The translations under genes were made by a program, and so were the position numbers. A DNA stretch of 63,928 nt, counting the filler, from Cercozoa sp. M6MM (Eukaryota; Protista; Endomyxa: Ascetosporea): NCBI GenBank assembly GCA_040357565.1. It is 4 parts of 4 records of this genome, joined end to end, with 100 filler letters (N's around TTAATTAATTAA, not from the genome) between each part and the next. Parts side by side here need not be neighbours in the genome. Positions count along the whole stretch, not along the records: positions 60,041 to 63,928 come from JBDODJ010001286.1; 3 more parts are not named here. One strand, written 5' to 3'. The notes under the pieces are model-generated. The model was not told the origin of the DNA and did no database searches. It saw only the letters and a program-made list of their open reading frames with translations. How positions within the stretch are numbered: position 1 is the stretch's first letter; each line of letters opens with the position of its first letter. Positions 62,735 through 63,928 of this stretch are shown in pieces.

Positions 62735-63900
62735 ATGATGAGTCACCTGCGAGGCCAGCAGGGAGCTGTGCTCAATGGCTCTGTCGCTGACAGTGGCACC
62801 GACAGCGACGGCGACAGCGACGGCGACAGCGACAGCGACGACTCTCTCAATCGTCGCTCTCACCTTGGCTACGGCAGCACATACAACCGCCGTCGGCTTC
62901 GTGTGCCATTTTTTGAGGACTCGGAGAGGGTGGAAAGGCTGCTCGAACAGTGGGACCGCACCGACTGCTTCGACGATGTTGAGCGTCTGCGTGCCGACAG
63001 TGCGCTGCCTGGTACTTTGTCATGTCACCCCTCCTTTACTCTTGACCCACCTTTACTCTTCACCCACCTTTACTCTTGACCCACCTTTACTCTTTATCCC
63101 TTCCCCCGTAGTGTCGAGCAGGCAAGCCGAGCAGCGCAGTGCCTGGGCGCTGCACTGCGTGCGCGTATGTCTGCAGGAATTGGGGTACCTTTTGCAACTG
63201 AGCACGTGGCTGTGGGTCACATATCTGGTGTGTGTCAGTAGTGGCGCCACTGACGGTGGCTACACGGTGCGAAGCGACCTGACGAAACGCGCTGTGCGAT
63301 CGCTCGGCGGACTGGTCGTGGCGCTGGCCGCTGCCGTGCCGACAGCTTTCGTTTCTCTGCTGATCACTCGGTCGGCGTATGACCGATCGGGAGGTCACTC
63401 CAGTCACATCAATGGTCACTCTGGCGGTCATACCTCTGGCGGTCACTTTGGTGGTCACACTGACGGTCAGAACGACCAAGGGCACGGCGGACTCACCGGC
63501 GCTGTGCCGCACTCGATCGAGCTCTTTGTCGAACTTGCCGAGTACACCTGGACCACATTGTTCTTGCATGTGTGTGTGTACTACTACCGTGCTACTACCT
63601 CATGTGCTGTGTGATCCAGGTTGTTGACGCAACTGGGCGATCAAGGTTTCGACACTGTTGTGCAGTGTTTCTGCTGTGCCACTTTGGTATTATATATACA
63701 TATACATATATATACATATACATATATATACATATACATATATATACATATACATATATATACATATACATATATATACATATATGTATATATGTATGGA
63801 TATACATGTATTACAAATGTGTACCTGTACGCAGGACAAACTGTACGAGCAATTGGACGAAGGCTTCGCGCAGCAGTGTTCTCCCGAGGACAAACAAATT
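62735..63900 (+). CDS. Hypothetical multi-pass membrane protein, 3'-partial
   Basis: Acidic DSDGD N-terminal region followed by hydrophobic segments; runs toward the window end. Confidence 0.45.
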
Positions 63901-63928
63901 GTATACGCTTACCCCCCCCCCCCCACCC

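Overview
This is eukaryotic nuclear DNA from a compact, gene-dense (about 30 genes in 64 kb) and intron-rich protist. It uses the standard genetic code: TAA, TAG and TGA all terminate conserved genes. The introns I reconstructed are GT-AG, mostly 40-250 nt. The window joins four contigs/scaffolds with artificial N44-TTAATTAATTAA-N44 spacers (23350-23449, 53077-53176, 59941-60040), so synteny must not be read across those points. Genes recognised by manual exon stitching: RhoGAP, ankyrin-repeat protein, AHSA1-like, tRNA isopentenyltransferase, small Tim, Rieske Fe-S protein, RRP9, ARP4, IFT80, ATG4, ELMOD, PSMB1, RPS14, WASH1, TBCC, a split NME8-type thioredoxin, TMEM258/OST5, MMAA, mL46, CSN8, TPMT, an SPFH protein, PSMA2, ODAD1/CCDC114 and squalene synthase, plus orphans. 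The organism therefore has aerobic mitochondria, a committed sterol-pathway enzyme and flagellar genes. The main unexplained signal is a ~170-nt structured dispersed element with an (AACT)n tail. It is present in up to five copies, all in convergent 3'-3' spacers with the tail pointing at a nearby stop codon, and one copy has a perfect 15-bp target-site duplication. Other candidates are a long structured RPS14 first intron, a ~530-nt foldback region at 37.0-37.5 kb, and intron-private minisatellites built from splice-signal-like units. Gene boundaries are manual estimates and no database search was run.
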